DNA of 64,000 bases, from assembly GCA_024398695.1 (NCBI GenBank), contig JAKSIR010000001.1, positions 15,767-79,766 of the forward strand, read 5' to 3'. The position numbers and the translations under genes are program-made. The first letter of the stretch is position 1; the number at the start of each line of letters is the position of its first letter. Positions 55,180-62,590 of this stretch are shown here, piece by piece. The DNA is from Bacteroidaceae bacterium. GTDB taxonomy: Bacteria > Bacteroidota > Bacteroidia > Bacteroidales > Bacteroidaceae. The notes under the pieces were generated by a model. It ran no database searches. It was not told the DNA's origin and saw only the letters and a list, made by a program, of their open reading frames with translations.

Positions 55180-56514
55180 ATGAAACACAGGCTCCATTGT
55201 TTTGCTTTTCTGACGTTGGCGGTTCTGCTCTTTGCCTCGTCATGCAAAAAGGAAACGTTCGACGGTCCTCTGCCGAAAGTCCACATAATAGCAACTGGTG
55301 GAACGATTGCCGGAACAAGTACCGACATAGGATACGAAGCCGGGAAAGTTTCCATTGAAACCATCTTGCAGGCAGTGCCGGAATTGACCAGGTACGCAGA
55401 GTTGGACTATGAGCAGTTCTGCAACATCGGCTCACAGGATATGAGCGAAAGTATCTGGCTTCCTCTTGCCAAGCGGGTCAATCAGGTCCTTGAGAGCGGA
55501 AAATATGATGCAGTCCTGATAACCCACGGTACCGACACTATGGAGGAAACCGCCTTCTTCTTGAATCTTACCATTCACAATCCCAAGCCGGTCATTCTTG
55601 TAGGCTCCATACGCCCTTCCGATGCAGCCGATGCAGACGGACCGGCTAGTTTATTGAAAGCCGTTCAAACTATAGTGAAGCCGAATGCCGTAGGGAAAGA
55701 AGTAATGTGCTGCCTGGGAAGCAAAGTCTATGAAGCGGGTGCGGCATTCAAGAATGACACGCATTCCCTGGATCCCTTATCCGAAACGTCAGTGGACTGG
55801 TACCTGCCACATAATGCCGACACCGGCTTTTTCATTGACAATCTGGAAGAACTGCCTGAAGTTGGAATTGCGTATGGTTATGGAAGCAACTCAACCGTTG
55901 CCTTGGAGGCATTCGTCAATGCAGGATACAAAGGCATTGTATTTGCCGGAGTAGGAGATGGAAACCTGAGTCAGGCAGCCCTTGATTTTGCTGCGCAGGC
56001 TGCGAAAAATGGAGTAATGATTGTCCGTTCATCCCGCGTCCCTTATGGCGGGGTTTATACAGAAGGAGGTGAGGTTGATGATGAAAAGCTGGGCTTTATC
56101 GCCTCAGGTAGCCTGAGCCCTCAGAAGTCCAGGATTCTGCTTATGCTTGTTCTCTCTGCTACCCGGGATATTGACGTAATACGCTCATATTTCCGGCAGG
56201 GTGTTTTTGAATTTCAAAATTTCCACACCACTCATAAACCGGCTTTATCACAATATGCACGCCATCCTTGTCAACTTCCTCATATACATGGTCTGTCAGC
56301 AACAGAAGGTCATTGCACTTGGTCTGCCTATGCGCCAGCAGAAGTCCGTCAATTTCTCTTTTGCGCGTCTTCTCATTTGAGATGTCGTAGGAAACCTGAA
56401 TGCACTGCAACACCCTGTTGCCGTCGCACACCACAAAATCGCACTCTCCGGAACGGTCTTTCAAATAATATACATCCCAACCTTCCAGTTTGCATTTCCG
56501 CAACAAATGGCTGA
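55180..56514 (+). CDS. ansB: periplasmic L-asparaginase II with about 100-codon read-through tail
   Basis: The product has a signal/lipobox region (LLFASSC) and the motifs HIIATGGTIAG, ITHGTDTMEET and LSPQKSRILLMLVLS. Homology ends near aa 340 (about nt 56200), yet the frame stays open to 56514, antisense to the next gene. Confidence 0.8.
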   Translation: MKHRLHCFAFLTLAVLLFASSCKKETFDGPLPKVHIIATGGTIAGTSTDIGYEAGKVSIETILQAVPELTRYAELDYEQFCNIGSQDMSESIWLPLAKRVNQVLESGKYDAVLITHGTDTMEETAFFLNLTIHNPKPVILVGSIRPSDAADADGPASLLKAVQTIVKPNAVGKEVMCCLGSKVYEAGAAFKNDTHSLDPLSETSVDWYLPHNADTGFFIDNLEELPEVGIAYGYGSNSTVALEAFVNAGYKGIVFAGVGDGNLSQAALDFAAQAAKNGVMIVRSSRVPYGGVYTEGGEVDDEKLGFIASGSLSPQKSRILLMLVLSATRDIDVIRSYFRQGVFEFQNFHTTHKPALSQYARHPCQLPHIHGLSATEGHCTWSAYAPAEVRQFLFCASSHLRCRRKPECTATPCCRRTPQNRTLRNGLSNNIHPNLPVCISATNG

Positions 56515-57505
56515 ATACAATAGTCTCAAGTCTCCAGCCGAGATTGTCCCCAGCAAATGCGTTCTCCCTCTTGTTCATCATTGCCACGTCAATGGCATAG
56601 ACTTTTTCCTGAGTCACACGTACTTTGCTCTTTGGAGAGTATTTTTTCACTCCTGTAATAAGATATGCCTGCTTCAAATATGAAACATAGTTGCGGACAG
56701 TATGAGCCGACTTGAAGCTGAACCGCTCGGCAAGATTCGGTGCAGACACCACAGCAGGAGAAATATTGAGTAGATGATTGGCCATGTTCTCGAACTGAGC
56801 AGGGAAAGTAATCTTATACCTCTGCTCGATATCCCTTTTCAGGATGTTGTTTACAAGATTAGATATATACATCCTGTCATTCTTCACCACCATGAGTTCG
56901 GGGAAGCCTCCCTTCTTCATGTATTCATCAAAGCAGTTGCGAAGCTCCGCAATAGCCTTGGTCGTACGCGAGGAAGCGTTCACGCCCTTCATCTTGCAAT
57001 ACTCCACGAAAGAGAATGGATAAAGCTCGATCTCGCTGCTTCTGCCTGTGAGATGTGTTGCCAAATCACTGCTTAGCAACTTCGCATTGCTACCGGTCAG
57101 GACAACATGCATCTTGTTCCTAAGCAGTCTGTTTACAAACAAGGGCCATCCTTCGATATTCTGAATTTCATCAAGAAATATGTACTGGAAAGAGCCGTAT
57201 ATCTTATACAGCACCTCCAGCACATCATTCAACTGGGCAGTATCAAGACCGTCAAGACGCTCATCGTCAAAATCCGCATAAGCGAACTTGACGCCAGCTC
57301 CAGCCAAAGTCTGCATACACAGCGTTGACTTTCCGCATCGACGGACACCTATTACAACCTGAGCCTGCGGGCTGCCGAGATCAACCAGGCTTTCCTCGTT
57401 GCGGGAGCAGAGAAACTCGTCTGTCCACCCCTCAATTTCAGTCTTCTGGTCATTCAGTATCACCTCAAGAGCTCTCTTGTCTATGACAATCTGTTTCTTT
57501 TGCAT
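56159..57505 (-). CDS. AAA ATPase with DUF4143-type C-terminal domain
   Basis: The start was taken at ATG 57505 (MQKKQIVIDKRAL); the ORF-track start at 57550 is a TTG. The product has Walker A GVRRCGKST and Walker B YIFLDEIQ. The C-terminal region has the restriction-endonuclease-like pattern (ECDFVV) seen in DUF4143 ATPases. Confidence 0.75.
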   Translation of the reverse strand: MQKKQIVIDKRALEVILNDQKTEIEGWTDEFLCSRNEESLVDLGSPQAQVVIGVRRCGKSTLCMQTLAGAGVKFAYADFDDERLDGLDTAQLNDVLEVLYKIYGSFQYIFLDEIQNIEGWPLFVNRLLRNKMHVVLTGSNAKLLSSDLATHLTGRSSEIELYPFSFVEYCKMKGVNASSRTTKAIAELRNCFDEYMKKGGFPELMVVKNDRMYISNLVNNILKRDIEQRYKITFPAQFENMANHLLNISPAVVSAPNLAERFSFKSAHTVRNYVSYLKQAYLITGVKKYSPKSKVRVTQEKVYAIDVAMMNKRENAFAGDNLGWRLETIVFSHLLRKCKLEGWDVYYLKDRSGECDFVVCDGNRVLQCIQVSYDISNEKTRKREIDGLLLAHRQTKCNDLLLLTDHVYEEVDKDGVHIVIKPVYEWCGNFEIQKHPAGNMSVLRQYPG

Positions 57506-57557
57506 ATCAGTCAATTGATTTTGAGATGCAAATATATTGAATCCCCCCAAAATAAAA

Positions 57558-57636
57558 CGCCTTATTTCGCAAGGTTTTTATATTTCCAATGCCTTATTTT
57601 ACAAGAATCACACTCAATGGCTGCCTTATTTTGCAA
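57558..57636. repeat. three 15-nt direct repeats at exact 32-bp phasing, consensus YGCCTTATTTYRCAA
   Basis: The copies are CGCCTTATTTCGCAA (57558-57572), TGCCTTATTTTACAA (57590-57604) and TGCCTTATTTTGCAA (57622-57636). They lie in the divergent ATPase / thiamine-operon intergenic region. Confidence 0.85.
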
Positions 57637-57686
57637 CATATAATTTGTATATCTATTCTCAACTTGGAATTCCGAAATAAAAGCAC

Positions 57687-57694
57687 TACCTTTG
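57687..57694 (+). promoter_or_regulatory. Bacteroides-type -7 box (TACCTTTG) immediately upstream of the TPP riboswitch
   Basis: This is an exact TAnnTTTG match and places the transcription start at about the first riboswitch nucleotides. Confidence 0.4.
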
Positions 57695-57698
57695 CGGG

Positions 57699-57786
57699 CG
57701 AATGAAAGGGGGTGCTCCCGTAAGGGGGCTGAGATTATACCCTAGGAACCTGATTCGGTTAGTACCGGCGTAGGGAGTTGACTTCG
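57699..57786 (+). promoter_or_regulatory. TPP (THI-box) riboswitch
   Basis: The conserved elements are present in the correct order: GGGGTGC (57708-57714), CTGAGA (57729-57734), ACCCT, ACCTGAT (57748-57754) and TACCGGCGTAGGGA (57763-57776). Confidence 0.9.
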
Positions 57787-57822
57787 AAAACTTTTTATCC
57801 CTTTTCATTTTGTAAATACAAC

Positions 57823-60033
57823 ATGAAGAGGGTTTTGTTTTTTTCAGCACTTGTCAGTATCTGGAGTACCGTCCAGGCCGAGGCATACGGCGAGGGAAAT
57901 GCCGCGTCCGTTGACCTTGGCGAAGTTGTGATTGCATCGACACGCGCATCGCAGGATGCGCCTATGACCAGCAGCATCATTGGAGAAGAAACGCTCAAAA
58001 GCGGACTGACCGGAACCAGCGAACTGCCTTTCCTGTTGCAGCTCACCCCATCGGTCACAGGTTCCACAGACAACGGAACAGGCATCGGTACCACCAGTCT
58101 CAGAATACGTGGGACCGGTGGAGAGCGCATTAACGTGACCATGGACGGAGTACCCTTGAACAATCCCGAAGACCAGTGCGTGTTCTGGGCCAACATGAAC
58201 AGTTACACGGCATCGGTACAGAGCATCCAGATACAGCGAGGCGTAGGGACATCGACCAACGGCAGCGGTGCATTCGGCGCTACTGTCAGCATGGAGTCCG
58301 ATGCTCCGCAGACGGAACGCCACCTGGGAGTCGAAACATCAGGCGGATCCTACGGGACTTTCGCAGGGACCGTTTCCGCAGGAACAGGACTCATGGGAAA
58401 GCATATGACTCTTGACGGGCGGTTCTCATACACTCGCACCGACGGATACATTGACCGCACGGGAGCCAATCTGGGGTCATATTTTGCACAGGCGGCATGG
58501 AACGGTGACAACCTGACCGTGCGGCTGAAGAACTTTGGAGGCTACGAACACACCGGACAGGCCTGGAACGGCGTTCCGGGCGTAAAAATCGCGGAGGGTG
58601 AACGCACGTACAATGACCTTGGCCTGTACCACGACGACAGCGGCAGTGAAGCCGCCCGCCCCACGACCGACAACTACTGGCAGAACGTGACCCATCTGAG
58701 CCTTGCAGGCCGTCTGAACGATTTCTGGAACGCAAGTCTGACCATGAGCCTGAATGTGGAAAGCGGGTATTACGAAGACATGAAGGACAGCGTGAACCTG
58801 GACAGCAAGTTCGGTCTGAAGAGATTCGGTGCAGGCCTGCCGGAGAAGGCAAGCGCGGACCGCCACAAGTGGGTGGACTGCCGGCAGTACGGTGTATTCG
58901 CTTCGGCAGTGCGCAAGTCTGAACTGATGGAGCTGACAGCCGGCGCTTCAGGCATGTGGTACACATCGGACCACTGGGGTGACATTGTATGGGTTCAGGG
59001 ACACAGCCTTTCAGACAGGCTGCGCTACTACGAGAGCGATGCCTCAAAGGCCGATGCAAACATATTCGTCAAGGACATGCTGCATCTGGACGGAGGGCTG
59101 AATCTGTTTGCGGACCTCCAGATCAGACATGTGGACTATTCGATTGGCGGCCAGAATGACAAGTTCATCAAGGGAGCCGACAACATCTTCCGCAATCAGG
59201 ATCTCGACATACACGAGACATTTACCTTCTTCAACCCGAAGGCGGGCATAAGCTGGAACGGACCTCTTGGCGAGATGTATCTGTCGTTTGCGCGCACAAG
59301 CCGCGAACCCACGCGCAACGACTACACCGACAACGGAGGGACTCTGATGCCCAAACCGGAAAAGCTGAACGACATTGAAGCGGGGTGGTCAAAGACGGGA
59401 CGCATATGGCATGCAGGGATGAACCTTTATTACATGGGCTACAGGGACCAGCTCATTCCTACCGGCCGGCTGAGCGACATAGGCGAATCACTGACCGAGA
59501 ACGTGGCGCGCTCATACCGTACAGGCATAGAACTGCAGGGCGGCATCCAGCCGTCATACCGGTTCTCGCTGGAGTTCGGAGCGACTTTCAGCGACAACCG
59601 CATACTGGACTTTACAGAATACATAGACAATTGGGACGGAGACCCGGTTCAGATACATTATGACAGGACATACATTGCGCTGTCACCCGGCATTACGGCA
59701 TCGGGCCTGATGACTTTCGATATCACGCGGCATCTGCAGCTGCTGTTCTCCACACTGTATGTGGGAAGGCAGTATCTTGACAACAGCAGCTGCAGGGAAC
59801 GCTCGCTCGACGCATACTGTACAAGCGACCTCACTGCAAGCTGCAGGTTCGGCAAGGTGCGCGTCAGCGCAAAGGCCGGCAACGTGTTCGGAACGGAATA
59901 CGCCACCGGCGGATGGGTTTACACCGCAGTATCGGAAAGCTCGGGCTACACGCCTGACAGCCGCTACATTGAGGACGGCCTGTTCGTAAACGCACCACGC
60001 ACATTCACAATTTCTTTATCAGTTGACTTATGA
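57823..60033 (+). CDS. TonB-dependent outer-membrane receptor, TPP-riboswitch controlled (thiamine uptake type)
   Basis: The ATG at 57823 begins a signal peptide (MKRVLFFSALVSIWSTVQA). The plug has the motifs LQLTPSV, LRIRGTGGERINVTMDGVPLNN, and the barrel ends with an aromatic-rich strand. It is ATGA-coupled to pnuT. Confidence 0.85.
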   Translation: MKRVLFFSALVSIWSTVQAEAYGEGNAASVDLGEVVIASTRASQDAPMTSSIIGEETLKSGLTGTSELPFLLQLTPSVTGSTDNGTGIGTTSLRIRGTGGERINVTMDGVPLNNPEDQCVFWANMNSYTASVQSIQIQRGVGTSTNGSGAFGATVSMESDAPQTERHLGVETSGGSYGTFAGTVSAGTGLMGKHMTLDGRFSYTRTDGYIDRTGANLGSYFAQAAWNGDNLTVRLKNFGGYEHTGQAWNGVPGVKIAEGERTYNDLGLYHDDSGSEAARPTTDNYWQNVTHLSLAGRLNDFWNASLTMSLNVESGYYEDMKDSVNLDSKFGLKRFGAGLPEKASADRHKWVDCRQYGVFASAVRKSELMELTAGASGMWYTSDHWGDIVWVQGHSLSDRLRYYESDASKADANIFVKDMLHLDGGLNLFADLQIRHVDYSIGGQNDKFIKGADNIFRNQDLDIHETFTFFNPKAGISWNGPLGEMYLSFARTSREPTRNDYTDNGGTLMPKPEKLNDIEAGWSKTGRIWHAGMNLYYMGYRDQLIPTGRLSDIGESLTENVARSYRTGIELQGGIQPSYRFSLEFGATFSDNRILDFTEYIDNWDGDPVQIHYDRTYIALSPGITASGLMTFDITRHLQLLFSTLYVGRQYLDNSSCRERSLDAYCTSDLTASCRFGKVRVSAKAGNVFGTEYATGGWVYTAVSESSGYTPDSRYIEDGLFVNAPRTFTISLSVDL

Positions 60034-60653
60034 ACATTCTGGAATATATAAGCAGTCAGTTCACCGGCATGGACTTCTGGGACGCCATCCAGACAGCAGG
60101 ACTGATTCTGAGTTTCATCTATCTGTGGCTTGAGTTCCACCAGAAACCGCTCATGTGGGTTGTCAGCGCCATGTGCTCCATGATCTATGCCAGCGTGTAT
60201 TTTCACAGCAAGATATACGCCGACATGGCATTCAGCTGCTTCAACATATGCATGTGCGCATACGGCATGATGAAATGGCTGAAAGGCACAAGAGCCCGCC
60301 ACTCCAGGGAAATAACCTACCGCCATTTCCGCGGCCGTGAATTGGCGTGCGTTCTCGGTACATCGGCCCTGATATGGGCTGTCATATTCTGCATCCTCAG
60401 ATTCCTGACCGATTCGCCCGTGCCCGCGCTTGATGCCCTGACCACCATGCTCAACATTGTGGGCACATGGGTACTGGCACAGAAAATCATCGAAGTATGG
60501 GGAATCTGGTTTCTTGTCAATAGTTTTTCCATTTACATTTACTGCCGGCGGGGGCTGCACATTTCCACCATCCTGCTGTACGGCTTCTATCTGGGGGCAT
60601 CGGTCTACGGCTGGATAAAGTGGAAGCGCAAAGGCACTCTCCTATCAAAATAA
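60030..60653 (+). CDS. pnuT: PnuC-family transporter, thiamine-type
   Basis: The 207 aa product has 7 hydrophobic segments and the PnuC-like W/Y-rich motifs LWLEFHQKPLMWV and GIWFLVN. Its riboswitch context matches the Bacteroides OM-receptor plus PnuT thiamine module. Confidence 0.75.
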   Translation: MNILEYISSQFTGMDFWDAIQTAGLILSFIYLWLEFHQKPLMWVVSAMCSMIYASVYFHSKIYADMAFSCFNICMCAYGMMKWLKGTRARHSREITYRHFRGRELACVLGTSALIWAVIFCILRFLTDSPVPALDALTTMLNIVGTWVLAQKIIEVWGIWFLVNSFSIYIYCRRGLHISTILLYGFYLGASVYGWIKWKRKGTLLSK

Positions 60654-60685
60654 TGAGTAACTTTGCGCCATCAAAACTCAAATTC

Positions 60686-61561
60686 ATGACATTTATGAAG
60701 ACAAGACTTTTCATTCTGGCAGCACTCTGCACATTATCAGCAGCAGCTCAAGAAGAAACACCATGGACCCACAGCGGTCTGACCGGCGTCAATTTCTCAC
60801 AGACTTCATTTACCAATTGGGCCGAGGGTGGTGAAAATTCCGTAGCATCGAACGTTTATCTCAACGCTTCACTCAATTACAAAGCCGACAAGATTGCATG
60901 GACCAATGATCTTAGTCTGAACTACGGTCTCAACAATGCCAACAACTGCGGCTGGAGAAAGAACATAGACAATTTCAACTTTGCGTCAAAGTTCGGACAC
61001 CAGATTACCGAAAAGCTGTATTGCGCAACACTGTTTGACTTCAAGACACAGATTGCCAACGGATACAAGTACTACAGCGAACAGCCCAAGGAACATATCT
61101 CCAAATTCTGGAATCCGGCATACATGAACATATCCGTCGGTCTCGACTGGAAGCCGAACGCAAACATCGCAGTTTACTATTCGCCCGTTGCCGGCAAGCT
61201 CACAATGACATCGGACACACTGTTCTCAACACGCTACGGTGTCGATGCAGGCAAAACGGTACGTGCCCAGCTCGGTTCCACCTTCAAGGGTACCGTCAAT
61301 TATGACAATCTTATGGGCGGCAGACTTACAGTCAAGTCGGTTGTTGACCTCTTCACCGCATATGACGATTCATTCGGTGACATCGATGTGAACTGGGATG
61401 TTCTGCTTGGTCTCAACGTATCAAAACTCATAACTGTAACTTTCCAGTCAACCTTGAAGTATGACGACGACATCAAGTTCAAGTCATCGGACGGCACCAT
61501 TCACGGAGCACGCGTCCAGTTCAAGGAAATTCTTGGTGTAGGTCTCAGCTACAAGTTCTGA
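60686..61561 (+). CDS. DUF3078-like outer-membrane beta-barrel protein
   Basis: The ATG at 60686 begins a signal peptide (MTFMKTRLFILAALCTLSAAAQ). The product has the GVNFSQTSFTNWAEGGENS motif and alternating beta-strand pattern and ends LSYKF. Confidence 0.6.
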   Translation: MTFMKTRLFILAALCTLSAAAQEETPWTHSGLTGVNFSQTSFTNWAEGGENSVASNVYLNASLNYKADKIAWTNDLSLNYGLNNANNCGWRKNIDNFNFASKFGHQITEKLYCATLFDFKTQIANGYKYYSEQPKEHISKFWNPAYMNISVGLDWKPNANIAVYYSPVAGKLTMTSDTLFSTRYGVDAGKTVRAQLGSTFKGTVNYDNLMGGRLTVKSVVDLFTAYDDSFGDIDVNWDVLLGLNVSKLITVTFQSTLKYDDDIKFKSSDGTIHGARVQFKEILGVGLSYKF

Positions 61562-61568
61562 CATTACA

Positions 61569-62468
61569 ATGTGGTGGAGTCTGGCCCTGCTTTCGGCCCT
61601 GTTTCTGGGATTTTATGATGTTTCAAAAAAGCAGTCTCTTAAGAACAATGCCGTAATTCCGGTCCTGTGGCTCAACACGCTGTTCTGTAGCGCATTACTG
61701 CTGCCGTTCACAATCCTGTCACACACGACGGGACTGCTTGACGGCAGCATGTTTTTCGTGCCTTCAGGCAATCTGCACCTGCATGGGCTTCTTCTTCTCA
61801 AGGCTGTCATCGTTCTTGGCTCATGGATTTTCGGATACTTCGGAATGAAACATCTGCCAATAACGCTTTTCGGTCCGATAAATGCCACCCGGCCTATCAT
61901 CGTACTGCTTGGAGGACTGATACTGTTCCGCGAACAGTTGAACCTGTACCAGTGGATAGGCGTCATCATAGCTGTCGTTTCATTCTACCTGCTCAGTCTC
62001 AGCGCGGGGCGCGAGGGCATTGACTTCAAACGCAACAAATGGGTGTTCTGTGTCATCATGGCCACTCTGCTCGGTGCTGTCAGCGCATTGTTTGACAAAT
62101 ACCTTCTTGGCAGCCTGAACAACATGTTCGTACAGGCATGGAGCAATTTCTACCAGCTGGCCCTGATGACCGTAGTATTGTTTGCATTATGGTGGCCCAC
62201 AAGAAAGTCAACAACCCCATTCCAATGGAAATGGGCAATCATATTCATTTCAGTGTTCCTGACATTGGCAGATTACGCATATTTTTATAGTCTGACTAAA
62301 GAAGGCGCAATGATATCGGTCGTATCAATGATCAGACGCAGCAGCGTGATAGTATCGTTCATATGCGGAGCCATGCTGCTAAAGGAAAAGAACCTCAAGA
62401 GCAAGGCCATTGACCTGGTGCTTGTCCTTATCGGGCTGTTCTTCCTTCTTATCGGCTCAATGCAATAG
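61569..62468 (+). CDS. EamA/DMT-family transporter
   Basis: The 299 aa product has 10 hydrophobic segments arranged as two EamA-like halves. Confidence 0.7.
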   Translation: MWWSLALLSALFLGFYDVSKKQSLKNNAVIPVLWLNTLFCSALLLPFTILSHTTGLLDGSMFFVPSGNLHLHGLLLLKAVIVLGSWIFGYFGMKHLPITLFGPINATRPIIVLLGGLILFREQLNLYQWIGVIIAVVSFYLLSLSAGREGIDFKRNKWVFCVIMATLLGAVSALFDKYLLGSLNNMFVQAWSNFYQLALMTVVLFALWWPTRKSTTPFQWKWAIIFISVFLTLADYAYFYSLTKEGAMISVVSMIRRSSVIVSFICGAMLLKEKNLKSKAIDLVLVLIGLFFLLIGSMQ

Positions 62469-62494
62469 CATTATTTTCACATAATATAAGAAAG

Positions 62495-62522
62495 GCCGCA
62501 ACATTCTATTGCGGCTTTTTTG
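62495..62522 (+). terminator. intrinsic terminator after the EamA gene
   Basis: A GCCGCAA / TTGCGGC 7-bp stem with a 7-nt loop is followed by TTTTTT. Confidence 0.75.
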
Positions 62523-62530
62523 TATATTTG
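62523..62530 (+). promoter_or_regulatory. Bacteroides-type -7 box (TATATTTG) upstream of the carboxyltransferase gene
   Basis: This is an exact TAnnTTTG match 61 nt upstream of the ATG at 62591. Confidence 0.35.
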
Positions 62531-62590
62531 CATTCCGAAACGGCTCATGCCGAATAATTTAGAGGAAAAATTGAATAATTATACACTATA

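Noticed and set aside
54803-55183. A 126 aa plus-strand ORF spanning the island border.
   Set aside because: It has no motifs, overlaps the peptidase stop and the asparaginase start, and crosses a compositional boundary. It is most likely non-coding.
57558-57636. The evenly spaced repeats considered as a mini CRISPR array.
   Set aside because: There are only three copies of a 15-nt imperfect repeat with 17-nt spacers, far below CRISPR repeat and spacer sizes. No cas genes are present either.
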